IMG/VR virus record: IMGVR_UViG_3300032770_000002
Coordinates: 1-64,000 of that record
Reading direction: 5' to 3' (one strand)
DNA length: 64,000 nucleotides
Shown piece after piece: positions 27,218 through 36,371 of the stretch; within the stretch, counting starts at the first letter, position 1, and every line of letters begins with the position of its first letter. The notes beneath the pieces are model-generated. The model did no database searches and was not told the DNA's origin. It worked only from the letters and a program-made list of their open reading frames with translations. A program made the translations under genes and the position numbers.

Positions 27218-27504
27218 AATCCCAAAACTTTGCGGTCGTGGTCAGTGAGTTTATCAAGCGCGGCTTTCTTTTCGGCCTTCTCTTTTTCTACTGCAGCTTC
27301 GTGTTGGCGGAAAAATTCAGCCACGTCAAGTTCCGACTGGAGGTGGTAAGCCCGCGGTGACGCATCTTTGTGCATGTTTACGACGGTGCTGCAATGCTCA
27401 AGGTCCGTGACACCGCAGATTTTGCGTTCGGCGTAACCTCCGTCTCGGCTTCCTTGGCTGTAGCCGTCCCAAGTGACAACGTATTTGAACTCTGGATTTT
27501 TCAT
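27214..27504 (-). CDS. Hypothetical protein
   Basis: ATGA-coupled in the early operon. Confidence 0.6.
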   Translation of the reverse strand: MKNPEFKYVVTWDGYSQGSRDGGYAERKICGVTDLEHCSTVVNMHKDASPRAYHLQSELDVAEFFRQHEAAVEKEKAEKKAALDKLTDHDRKVLGL

Positions 27505-27770
27505 TGTAGGATCAAGAATCGGGAGGTGTATGTTTCAGTCGTGACGCTGACGCCGTTGCAAGGCACTGACACCCAGCCAGCAATCTCGAGCGTGGTTTCG
27601 TCACGGTTGGTATTGACAAATCGAATATCAGCTTCGAGGAGAGTGATACGTTCCGGGCGATGACGACGCACGTGCTCGACGACGATGCCAGGAGTTCCCT
27701 TTTTATGCAGGTGAACTTTGTCACCGGCTTTAAATTCCGGGGCTGACGAGTGGCGAACGGTTAATTTCAT
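27501..27770 (-). CDS. Hypothetical protein (first gene of early operon)
   Basis: ATG at 27770 is 9 nt after the -10 box; SH3-like FKAGDKVHL...GIVVE. Confidence 0.55.
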   Translation of the reverse strand: MKLTVRHSSAPEFKAGDKVHLHKKGTPGIVVEHVRRHRPERITLLEADIRFVNTNRDETTLEIAGWVSVPCNGVSVTTETYTSRFLILQ

Positions 27771-27779
27771 CTTGGGGTC

Positions 27780-27808
27780 AATATACCACAAATCCGTGGT
27801 TTGTAAAC
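27780..27808 (-). promoter_or_regulatory. Putative early promoter
   Basis: GTTTAC-N17-TATATT with TGTGG extension. Confidence 0.75.
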
Positions 27809-27873
27809 AAAAAAGTGATTGGCCAAAAATCAAGTTCTTTGGCCTGAATGAACGCGCTTCTCAGTCGAAAGGC

Positions 27874-28887
27874 CTAAGACGCGGTCAAGCCTCGGAATGA
27901 CATCGCCGACTTCGTCGTCAACTTGAGCGTGTTGTAGAAGTTGTCACGAACGTCATCCGCGTAAGCGTTGCGGACGGCGACATTGACTGTGGTGTTTTGC
28001 TTGAATGAATTCGTGTATCCAGGATAGTGGACGAACGTGAACTCGGCTTCCAGGACCGACGGCATGTTCATCCCGCTTGCGTTTGGCGGGCGCAACCAAG
28101 GTCCCTTCAACCGGGTCCTGACTGCATTGATGTAGCCAACGCAATTGACACCAAGGCTGACGTTGTCATCACGCCCGTCAGAGATCAAGTTCAGCATTGC
28201 CGGGATCGGTGGATACGTGGAGTCCTCACCGCCGCTGTAGTTGCCGATGCTCGTCTGTTCTTGGACCGTATCTTGCTTATTCGGGTCCTGCTGTGCCCCC
28301 GTTTTGGCATCGACTGTGTTTGGTGTCGTGGCGTCTCCAGTCAGTCCTGTCGTGGCTGACGTTGAGGTTCCAGGTTGTTTTAGCCCTTGAACAGCCCCGG
28401 CATAGTAGCCAGAAATGATGTCCGGGTTCGTGCTGATTGGTAGCACAAAGGCGTGCAACTTGGCCGCGGTCGCAAGAAGCGTCAGCGCCCCGTGAATCGC
28501 ATACTCGTGGTCGTGGATTGAGAGTTGGAACGAGAGCGGAAGCTCCATCGGTTTTGTCGCGATATACCGATGGATGCCGTCAGGAGCCATGTAAATTGGG
28601 GCGACCTGAAAGTCGGCTGACCTGGCAAGTTCAATGACTTGAGGCATCGAAGGAAAGGTGATGACCAACGCGCCTCCGGTCGATGTGAACGGGTTCTGGC
28701 CTGATGACAACCAGGCTAAGGCTCCTGAATCAATGGAGAGACCAATCAGGCGTCCTTGGGCACTTCCTGGACGGCGATAGTCAAGCCGGCTTGCAACGAC
28801 GCTGTTGGTCGACGGACTTTGGTCTGGTGACGCTGGTTGGTCCGTAAAGCTAGAACCGAAACTTCTAAAATCTTCAACAAGTGACAT
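27874..28887 (-). CDS. Tail/baseplate structural protein (tube-initiator-like), tentative
   Basis: Directly follows the tape measure gene; beta-rich (PMELPLSFQL, VNCVGYINAV, EAEFTFV). Confidence 0.4.
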   Translation of the reverse strand: MSLVEDFRSFGSSFTDQPASPDQSPSTNSVVASRLDYRRPGSAQGRLIGLSIDSGALAWLSSGQNPFTSTGGALVITFPSMPQVIELARSADFQVAPIYMAPDGIHRYIATKPMELPLSFQLSIHDHEYAIHGALTLLATAAKLHAFVLPISTNPDIISGYYAGAVQGLKQPGTSTSATTGLTGDATTPNTVDAKTGAQQDPNKQDTVQEQTSIGNYSGGEDSTYPPIPAMLNLISDGRDDNVSLGVNCVGYINAVRTRLKGPWLRPPNASGMNMPSVLEAEFTFVHYPGYTNSFKQNTTVNVAVRNAYADDVRDNFYNTLKLTTKSAMSFRGLTAS

Positions 28888-28889
28888 AA

Positions 28890-31223
28890 TCAGGGAACTC
28901 CTCGAGGGTCGGTAATTCTGGCCCACCACGGAAGCGGCTTTTCCGGTTCACTCAGAGCTTTATGTTCTCGCTCATTGGCCTGACGATTAAGCTCTTCTCG
29001 GTATTTTCTTGAGTCATCGGTCTCACGAGTGTTTCGTTCTCGTTCGATTTTTAGCTGTTCACGGCTGTTTTCAGCAAGATCGGCCAGGTCTTTGGCCGCT
29101 TTCTCATTTTTGGCGCTTAATATGGCCAAAGCGGCTTGCCTGTCAGTGGCACGTTGAATCTCCTCATTTTCGAGGGTGTGAAGTCGAGCAACGACATCTT
29201 CAGGCCTGCGCAGCCCAGTGAGAAATCGGCCAACCACCTGGTTTCCTTCATAACCACCCCATAGGCGTCGAACACTGTCAGGACCAGCCATTACGGCCGC
29301 CAGTTGTTCCTTGGCAAATTGGCTTCGAATGTCATTGCCGTGTGAAAGCACAAGCTTTAGGTGTCGGGCTGACTCCATCTCCTTGTCAATGGCTTTGCTC
29401 ATGGAGCGGCCAAAAAGATAAATCAAGCCTCCACTAAGAAGACCCGCTACGACAATCGGTATGAGTCCGGCTGTGGTGATGATTCCAACGACGAGTCGAC
29501 CAAGACCGGCTATGCCACTGGCCGAGAATAGCCCCTTGGCCCACCTCAAAATTCCGCCTCCTTTTCCAGCGCCAACGCCAGCGGCTTCGCCTAAATTCAA
29601 CGCCAGTTGTTGCCCAGTAGCAATTTCAGCACTTTTTCCTAAACCAAGTATAGCCGCGGCTAGAGCGCCAATTCTATAACCTGCTTTAATTGCGGTAAGC
29701 GTAAGAAAGATCGTCGCGCCGGTTACCGTGATTTTTGATGCGGTCTCACTACCACCGATTTTTCCAACAACGTCGGCCAACAACGATGAAGTCCAACGAA
29801 TGAATCTCAATGTTGGCGTAAAGCCGCGCATTATCAAGGCTTCAAGTGACCCAGTCAAACGATGAACGGCCGCGTTTGTGTCAGTTAACTGTTTTCGCCA
29901 CCGGTCTTCAATCGTAACTCGAGTCAGTGTCTGGGAGTTGACGTCGCGCATCGACTCGGCAAGCTTCGCAAGAGCTTGCGTGCTCATGGTCCCGCCAGTC
30001 AATTGCTGGCTGATGTTTTCCAAGACTTGGAGCCGCCCAACTCCGGTTTTTCCGGCGGTGTCTTGTTGAACTCTGGCGGCCAGCCGCGTAAGCAAAGTCT
30101 GAACTCCTCCACTGCTTTGAAGCGCCTCGGGAGAAAGCCCGAAGACTTGAGCAAGCATGGCTCCTTGGGCTGTGCCGGCCATTGAACTGACCAATCGTTG
30201 GACGTTGCCGACCTCACCTGTTCGTTTTTTAAGCTCGCCTTCAACACGAGTGATAACTTCGAGTGCCCCGCGTGACGCACCTCCAATAACGATGTATGAC
30301 CGGCCAAGGGCATCGAGCATGCTTTCAGCTTCGGCCGCTGTTAATCGGGTATTGTCAAGAATTGTGGCCATCGTGTCGGCCAGTTGCTTGAATGGTTGGT
30401 TCAGAATCGCGGCCGTTCTGGCCAACTTGGCCGTTTGTTCGGCACTTAATCCTAGGCCTTCGCTGACTTGAATTGAAGTTTTAAGGACGTCCTTGAACTC
30501 GTCCTCAAACTTAAAAGCGTTGTTTGTTAGAGACATCATCATCGAAGCCGTTTCGGTGATTGATGACCCAGTCTTGATTTGTGCGGTTAGACCAACGTCA
30601 AAAAGTCTGCCACGAACTTCCAAGTCTGAATTGGCTTGAATCAACGACCGGTTAAATTCGTTGCTCCACTTGACGGCCTTGGATAGCCCTGTCCCAATTA
30701 CGGCTATTTCAACGGATTGTTCAATGAGGTGAAGGCGCCGAATTTTTTCATATTCAATAAGGGCCTTGTTCTCTTCGACTTGTTTGTGTTGAAGTTTTTC
30801 TAAGTTTTCTTGAAGGGTAATATAGCGATTGGCCATGTCGACTTGGTCACCCACAAGGTCATTTACCGATGCCTGAATTTTGGCGTGACGAAGTCCAGCG
30901 TCTTTTATTGCATGGGCCTGATTAAGCATCTCTGTTGTCACCCTTGGAAGTCCTTGGCCTAAAATCCCAATTTGACGGGTAATGGACGCTATGGCGTTTG
31001 ACGTGGCTTCAATTTCAGGCTTTCCCTTTGTCCAAATGTCATGCCATCTATGAACGTTCTTGATGAGACTTGGCATGATGGTGTGGGCCAAGGCACCAAG
31101 CGGCTCAGACGGTCGAAGTGCGTCCTTGAGAGCGCCGAGGGTTTTGAACGTTCCCTTGTAGACGTCCTCGGTGTGCTTTACTATCTGCTTGACAATCTGT
31201 TCGGTCTCGTGAATGTTAGCCAC
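28890..31223 (-). CDS. Tail tape measure protein
   Basis: 777 aa, Ala/Gly/Leu-rich and helical, with hydrophobic C-terminal segments; the only long helical tail candidate here. Confidence 0.72.
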   Translation of the reverse strand: MANIHETEQIVKQIVKHTEDVYKGTFKTLGALKDALRPSEPLGALAHTIMPSLIKNVHRWHDIWTKGKPEIEATSNAIASITRQIGILGQGLPRVTTEMLNQAHAIKDAGLRHAKIQASVNDLVGDQVDMANRYITLQENLEKLQHKQVEENKALIEYEKIRRLHLIEQSVEIAVIGTGLSKAVKWSNEFNRSLIQANSDLEVRGRLFDVGLTAQIKTGSSITETASMMMSLTNNAFKFEDEFKDVLKTSIQVSEGLGLSAEQTAKLARTAAILNQPFKQLADTMATILDNTRLTAAEAESMLDALGRSYIVIGGASRGALEVITRVEGELKKRTGEVGNVQRLVSSMAGTAQGAMLAQVFGLSPEALQSSGGVQTLLTRLAARVQQDTAGKTGVGRLQVLENISQQLTGGTMSTQALAKLAESMRDVNSQTLTRVTIEDRWRKQLTDTNAAVHRLTGSLEALIMRGFTPTLRFIRWTSSLLADVVGKIGGSETASKITVTGATIFLTLTAIKAGYRIGALAAAILGLGKSAEIATGQQLALNLGEAAGVGAGKGGGILRWAKGLFSASGIAGLGRLVVGIITTAGLIPIVVAGLLSGGLIYLFGRSMSKAIDKEMESARHLKLVLSHGNDIRSQFAKEQLAAVMAGPDSVRRLWGGYEGNQVVGRFLTGLRRPEDVVARLHTLENEEIQRATDRQAALAILSAKNEKAAKDLADLAENSREQLKIERERNTRETDDSRKYREELNRQANEREHKALSEPEKPLPWWARITDPRGVP

Positions 31224-31230
31224 GCTTTAA

Positions 31231-31839
31231 CTAACGAAGTTTGCGCGGTTGGCCGAGTTTTGTGACGACTGGCTTTTTGCGGGTCCTTGGCGTCCACTCT
31301 GGGTCATTTTCTTTTGTGTCCGGTTCACCATAAAACACTACGCCGGCATAGACTAGTTTTCCAGGACGTGTGTCGCCAGGAAATTGCTTCCATAGGATTA
31401 CGTCATCACGGTCGATGTCAGTTGCATTCTCAATGTCGGTCAAAATTCCCGGTTCGTTGACCCGCTTTCTTCGGCCAAAAAGTTCCCACCGTGCACGATC
31501 GTGGCCTTCGAGTTTTTGAAAGATAGTCACTTCTCCAAGTTTAACCATGCGGATTATGATGCCCACTTTCGTCTCTGGAGACATCTCTTTTTGAATATAC
31601 TGTTTAAGAGCTTCCAAGTCGCTGCTTATGGATGAATAGTGATGCCAAAGATGTGCTTCGCACGCGTCGACAAATGTTTTCCCATCGAGATAGGACGTCG
31701 AGCCCCAACCTGGATTTATGATGACTCCATATCGGATTCCAGACCCAGTTGGGTCGATTGCAGAGTCGATGACCATTCGAGCGTTCACGTCAATAACTAG
31801 GACCCAAAGCGATAAAAACGGTGGCGACGACAAGTGCAA
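31231..31839 (-). CDS. Hypothetical protein
   Basis: AT-richer ORF filling the gap; start uncertain. Confidence 0.5.
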   Translation of the reverse strand: MHLSSPPFLSLWVLVIDVNARMVIDSAIDPTGSGIRYGVIINPGWGSTSYLDGKTFVDACEAHLWHHYSSISSDLEALKQYIQKEMSPETKVGIIIRMVKLGEVTIFQKLEGHDRARWELFGRRKRVNEPGILTDIENATDIDRDDVILWKQFPGDTRPGKLVYAGVVFYGEPDTKENDPEWTPRTRKKPVVTKLGQPRKLR

Positions 31840-32368
31840 TTACGAGAATCGTTACAAATCCAGCCGTGTCAAATGGTTGGTTTTCATGGCCGGAGTGATT
31901 TATGCAGACTTTCTGAAATTCGTCTTTGACCTTTAAAATTTCAGCTTTATGCCCGGAAAGTTCGGCTCTTAGCTGACTTGCGTCTTTCCCTTGGGACTCC
32001 ATTTTAGCGGCCAACTTTTCACCGATTTCTATATTTTCAAGCGTAAGTTGGATTTTTCTTTTGGTTGCTTCAGGATCGAAGCGGGTTTCTTCATTGGCCC
32101 TGGCTATTATGGTCAGCATGATTACAGTTGCGAGTATCGCTGAAAATAGCAGAAGTGTGCCACAGAAGACGTCAGAGTCGTGGCGTGACATGGCGTCGAT
32201 GTCCAGGCCAAAAACAGAGGCGAAACAGCCAAGAGCGATGAAAATAAGGAACGACATTATTGGCACGGTGATTAAAAACGCCACCATGAACGCTTGAAGC
32301 CTTCCCTTTTCGGCGAACGCGAACAGTTTGATGGCGATGTATGTGACGATTAATGATCCAAATATCAT
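31790..32368 (-). CDS. Early multi-TM membrane protein
   Basis: Three or four hydrophobic segments; ATG at 32368 is 6 nt after the -10 box. Confidence 0.65.
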   Translation of the reverse strand: MIFGSLIVTYIAIKLFAFAEKGRLQAFMVAFLITVPIMSFLIFIALGCFASVFGLDIDAMSRHDSDVFCGTLLLFSAILATVIMLTIIARANEETRFDPEATKRKIQLTLENIEIGEKLAAKMESQGKDASQLRAELSGHKAEILKVKDEFQKVCINHSGHENQPFDTAGFVTILVIALVVATVFIALGPSY

Positions 32369-32374
32369 GGAACC

Positions 32375-32403
32375 AATATACTGCACTTCCTAAATTTGTA
32401 AAC
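32375..32403 (-). promoter_or_regulatory. Putative early promoter
   Basis: GTTTAC-N17-TATATT. Confidence 0.7.
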
Positions 32404-32457
32404 AAAAATGTGAAACGAGCCGTTTAAATGCCGCACTGGGCGGCGTTTACTTAGCCA

Positions 32458-32700
32458 GTGGAAGCGAAGTGTCTCATCGACGCCGCCGTTCGTCCGCGTG
32501 AGCTGGCGTTCGAGCACGTCTTGGAGAGTGACGTTGGCGCTTCCGTAATTTATGTGACGGCAATTTTTGACTCAATCGGGTCGGTGAAGTCATTGCACTA
32601 CAAAACTTTAGAATCTGCGTCAAGCCCGCAGGCCATTGAACGTTCATTCAACGAGTCTAAGAGAACTCTGGCCAACTTAGCGGCATCTTACCGTGGCTAA
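32458..32700 (+). CDS. Hypothetical protein
   Basis: GTG start; coupled to the next gene. Confidence 0.5.
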   Translation: MEAKCLIDAAVRPRELAFEHVLESDVGASVIYVTAIFDSIGSVKSLHYKTLESASSPQAIERSFNESKRTLANLAASYRG

Positions 32701-34435
32701 CTCACGCGAAATTCTCGAAGTCTGCTACACGCTTCCAGCCGGCCGTGGATTTCGTGGCGCTAAGGCCATGGCGCCGATCAAAGCCTTTAACATCAGTGTT
32801 AGTGGTGGTAGCTGGTTTGAGTCGAGTGAAGCAGAGGAGTTGATCAAGGACTTTCGTTACATTAGGGCTTGGGACATGAGTGGAAGCCCGATGAAGGTCA
32901 TGGCTGCTTTCGCAAACCTCATGGAGACGGGTGACAGTGTTGTTGAGGTCATCATCAACGACTTTCAATTTTATGTGTTGGCCAATGAACAGGAGATGGT
33001 GAAACTGGCCCGCCTCTCAGTCAACCAGTCTTTAGGTGAATCACAGCGGCTTGACGAGAACATGTCATTCCGCCAGCTGATGAACATGTCGACTCCCGAG
33101 CGCATTGTTCGAAGCTTGACCGTTCACGGCCCACCGCTCAACATTCGCGCGGTTGAGAACGCGATGTATTATCTCTTCAACTTCAAGAGCTCACCGTCAA
33201 CGACCGGACTTCGGCACAAGGGCTACATCAAGTTCATCAAGCCACTGCACCGCCGCCCGCTGATGGACGTTGACTGCATCGTGGACTGCACCTGTCCTGA
33301 CTTCCGATACCGTTGGGCCTGGGCCGATAAACAGCATGGCGCCAGCCGAGTTGGACCGCAGAGCATGAATCAGGCGCTTAACCGAGCTCCAAGGATCACC
33401 AACCCAACCGGGACCCCTGGGCTTTGCAAGCACGTTTTGGCGCTGCGGAACTGGATTGACAACTCGCTCGAAGTGCTAGCCTCTGACCAACCGGACAACG
33501 GTGACGTCTTGAAGCGCCTCATTGGCTACGCTCAGCACCGGCACTCAATTGAGCCTGAAGCCATGCGAGCGGCTAAGGCCCGTGACTACACCACGCTCTT
33601 GGCCAGGCTTCGACGACGGCAGGGTGAACCAAGCGCCATTGACCGGGCGATGGGCAAGACCCCGACGGGTGAACCTGAAGTTCCAGGAGCCATTGAGAAA
33701 ATTCCTCAAGCTGAACCACCGCCACCGCCAACTTTGCCTGAGCCGATTGAACTACCATCACCGACTCAGACCCCTACATTGCCGTCAGGTCCTACAAACC
33801 CGACGGAACTGCCTCCTGAGAAACCAGGTTTACCTCAGCCCGAAAAGAGGATAAAGCGAAAACCACCTCAGAAGGAAGAGTCTGTAGATAAAGCAGCTGA
33901 AAGAAAACTTGACATGAACCTTTTTGAAGCGCAGCAACTCCTGAAGGAGATGACCGACGATACGGCTCAAGTGGCCATGGGCAATGCTATGTCGGGTAAC
34001 CCGGCTGTTGGAAGCCAAGGCGGCACTGTAGCTTCTACGCCCAAGCCGGAAGGCGAGGGTGGTGATGTGACGCCTGAGAGCGAAGCGCTGAATTTGCTTC
34101 GCTCAATCAATGCCGGCATCGCCGAGCTGATCCCGGCGGTCAAGGCCATCAGCAGCGGTGAACAGACGATTGCTGGCCCTGAAGGTGAGGGTGAAGCTGA
34201 ATTTCCTGAACCCGGAGCGGGTGACCTTGAACTTGGCGGTGAAGACCGCTATGGCAGTCGTTTTTCGCCTGAGGAGCTGGGCAGTGAAGGCCGTGAGTTT
34301 GGCAGTGCTAGCCGAGAGTTCGGTGGAAGCCGTGAGTTTGGCGGCAGTGAAGGCCGTGAGTTTGGTGGCAGTTCAAGCCGCGAATTTGAAGGCAGCCGTG
34401 GCCGCGGGTTGAGTGTGCGTGGCCGAGAGGATTAA
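32693..34435 (+). CDS. SWIM-type Zn-finger protein with Pro-rich linker and repeat tail
   Basis: VDCTCPDFRYR...GLCKHVLAL; Pro-rich PEPIELPSP region; REFGG repeats. Confidence 0.65.
   Translation: MANSREILEVCYTLPAGRGFRGAKAMAPIKAFNISVSGGSWFESSEAEELIKDFRYIRAWDMSGSPMKVMAAFANLMETGDSVVEVIINDFQFYVLANEQEMVKLARLSVNQSLGESQRLDENMSFRQLMNMSTPERIVRSLTVHGPPLNIRAVENAMYYLFNFKSSPSTTGLRHKGYIKFIKPLHRRPLMDVDCIVDCTCPDFRYRWAWADKQHGASRVGPQSMNQALNRAPRITNPTGTPGLCKHVLALRNWIDNSLEVLASDQPDNGDVLKRLIGYAQHRHSIEPEAMRAAKARDYTTLLARLRRRQGEPSAIDRAMGKTPTGEPEVPGAIEKIPQAEPPPPPTLPEPIELPSPTQTPTLPSGPTNPTELPPEKPGLPQPEKRIKRKPPQKEESVDKAAERKLDMNLFEAQQLLKEMTDDTAQVAMGNAMSGNPAVGSQGGTVASTPKPEGEGGDVTPESEALNLLRSINAGIAELIPAVKAISSGEQTIAGPEGEGEAEFPEPGAGDLELGGEDRYGSRFSPEELGSEGREFGSASREFGGSREFGGSEGREFGGSSSREFEGSRGRGLSVRGRED
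34280..34402 (+). repeat. Coding tandem repeat (about 5 x (S/G)REFG(G))
   Basis: GGCAGTGAAGGCCGTGAGTTTGGC occurs at 34280 and again downstream as GGCAGTGAAGGCCGTGAGTTTGGT, with degenerate copies between. Confidence 0.85.
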
Positions 34436-34437
34436 CC

Positions 34438-34938
34438 ATGTATCCAGGGCAGTATCCACAACCGCAACAGCGGCGCACTGACTTACAGGCGCCGTTTATT
34501 TCAGGCTACTCGACGGTTCGCCTCTATGCGTCGCTTCTTGCAGCGACGACGATTCCGCCAACGAGGTTGACTGGGGTTTCAGCCGTCATCACGAACCTGC
34601 AGGATAAAACCGTTCAACTTGGGTTCGTGCCACTGGACGACCGAACCACGCCGATTCTTTCAGGGTCTGGGACGCGGTGCGAGCTTTACAGCCCCGCTGG
34701 AGGCGCCGACCTTGGAAAGTCGATCTATGTCTCTGGTGCGGCCGTCGTGGAAGTTAATTTCCAAACGTCGAAGCCATACCTTGAGATGTTCTGTGAAGGT
34801 GGCGGCCCGACGAACTGCCGGATCCAACTTGAGTCGCTCATTCAGTGGGACCAGATGGCCTTCGACAAGAGTGACACCAAGTATCCAGTCAACCAACTGA
34901 CTCAGCCGAAGTGGTCGGCCTTCCCGTGGCCTTCATGA
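34438..34938 (+). CDS. Hypothetical beta-rich (probably virion) protein
   Basis: In a late-type operon; beta-strand pattern shared with ORFs at 52674 and 60067. Confidence 0.6.
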   Translation: MYPGQYPQPQQRRTDLQAPFISGYSTVRLYASLLAATTIPPTRLTGVSAVITNLQDKTVQLGFVPLDDRTTPILSGSGTRCELYSPAGGADLGKSIYVSGAAVVEVNFQTSKPYLEMFCEGGGPTNCRIQLESLIQWDQMAFDKSDTKYPVNQLTQPKWSAFPWPS

Positions 34939-35249
34939 GACTTCACGAGCGTGACGACATTGGCAGCTTGCCAATCCCATCGATTGGCAAACGCTACGCC
35001 CGCATGACGTCGGCCGACCTTGCTCCTTCAAGCCCAGGTGGGATGTCGAAGAAGCAGTCGATGTGGTATAAGCTCGGCAACCAGCTCTTCAACAAGGGCC
35101 GGACGGTTGGCAAGTTTGACAGCAAAGATGCCGTCGGGACGGTGCAGCACTCGATGCATGGCGCGTCAGTGCATACTCCTAGCATGCCCGAAGGTGGCCG
35201 GCGCAAAATGGCCGAGGCTATTGTTGACCGGTTACTGAGTCGGGATTAA
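34935..35249 (+). CDS. Hypothetical protein
   Basis: ATGA overlap; ends in MAEAIVDRLLSRD. Confidence 0.55.
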   Translation: MRLHERDDIGSLPIPSIGKRYARMTSADLAPSSPGGMSKKQSMWYKLGNQLFNKGRTVGKFDSKDAVGTVQHSMHGASVHTPSMPEGGRRKMAEAIVDRLLSRD

Positions 35250-35261
35250 GTTCCTGACTCA

Positions 35262-36356
35262 ATGTCAACACCAAACTCGCAAGTCATCACCCAGTTTGGC
35301 TTTAAGGTCAAACAGGGCTTTCAGCCACTTCCTGGCCTGATCACCGAAAAGGTCGTCATCCACGAAAAGCTCAACTGCCCAGCGGTCTGGACATACTTTA
35401 TCTCGTCGGCCTACATCAAGGTCTTTAACGACACATTTCACGACCTGTTGTTGACGTCCACGCCACGGGTCTTCGTCAGGCTTGGAACCAGTGCGGCTGG
35501 GAAGGTCAGTTGGCAGCCTTGGCAAGAGCACTTGATCCTTGGCCTCTCAGCGTCGCCGAAGCCGAACAGCCATGCGTTTGTCATGCGAACTGCGGACCGC
35601 TTCGCTGAGATGAGGCGGGCTACTCCAAAGACGTCTTGGCAGGGATTGATCAGCTCGATTGTTGGGCAATTTGCGTCGGCCTACCAGTTGACCCCAGTCG
35701 TTGAGCCAACGGCCGGCCAATTTAGCCTCATCCAGACCCAAGCAAGCGACCATGATTTCCTTGTTGGGCGCCTCATGGCCAGGGCAATCACGCCCGCTGG
35801 ACGTGGTGACTTCTGCTCTTACGTCAGGGACCAGGAACTGCACTTCCATACGACGGGGTATAAAAAGACGCCCGTCGCAGTCCGATTTTTCTTTGACTCT
35901 TCAACTGAAATCACCCACATGGACCGGACACAAGAAAACGTGTATGCCGGCGCCGCTGGGCTGAAGAGCTACATCTTTGACCCCTACACTGGGGCAGTGA
36001 GCACGCGGTTGACCAGTCCGTCTGGACTCGTGCTTGGAAAGCACCGGCCTGATTTGAGCGGCATTGTCAATGGGCCAGTCACGACGAGTTGGACCGTCGG
36101 GGTGAATCAGTTCGATGAAGCCATCAAGCTTGCCCAGAGCCGCTTTGACACTGTCCACCTCAGCAATTACGTCATCAAGCTGAAGACAGTGCAGCTCCTG
36201 CTGAGGATTGACGACCTGGTCGACCTGGACCTCACCCAGAGCACCCGTGAATTCAACCCATGGAGTGGGCGATATTCGGTCAGTGAGGTGAGTCACTCCA
36301 TCGCCGTTGGGACTGTGACGTCGCAGGTGACAATGACACGTGGCGACGTCAACTAG
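35262..36356 (+). CDS. Baseplate hub (gp27 / late-control D-like)
   Basis: QTQASDHDFLVGRL, YVRDQELHF, WSGRYSVSEVSHSI...VTMTR. Confidence 0.72.
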   Translation: MSTPNSQVITQFGFKVKQGFQPLPGLITEKVVIHEKLNCPAVWTYFISSAYIKVFNDTFHDLLLTSTPRVFVRLGTSAAGKVSWQPWQEHLILGLSASPKPNSHAFVMRTADRFAEMRRATPKTSWQGLISSIVGQFASAYQLTPVVEPTAGQFSLIQTQASDHDFLVGRLMARAITPAGRGDFCSYVRDQELHFHTTGYKKTPVAVRFFFDSSTEITHMDRTQENVYAGAAGLKSYIFDPYTGAVSTRLTSPSGLVLGKHRPDLSGIVNGPVTTSWTVGVNQFDEAIKLAQSRFDTVHLSNYVIKLKTVQLLLRIDDLVDLDLTQSTREFNPWSGRYSVSEVSHSIAVGTVTSQVTMTRGDVN

Positions 36357-36371
36357 TCTAAACGGAAGCCA

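Noticed and set aside
34280-34402. Short direct repeats resembling a mini CRISPR array
   Set aside because: The repeats are in-frame coding units (REFGG) with no unique spacers and no cas genes nearby.
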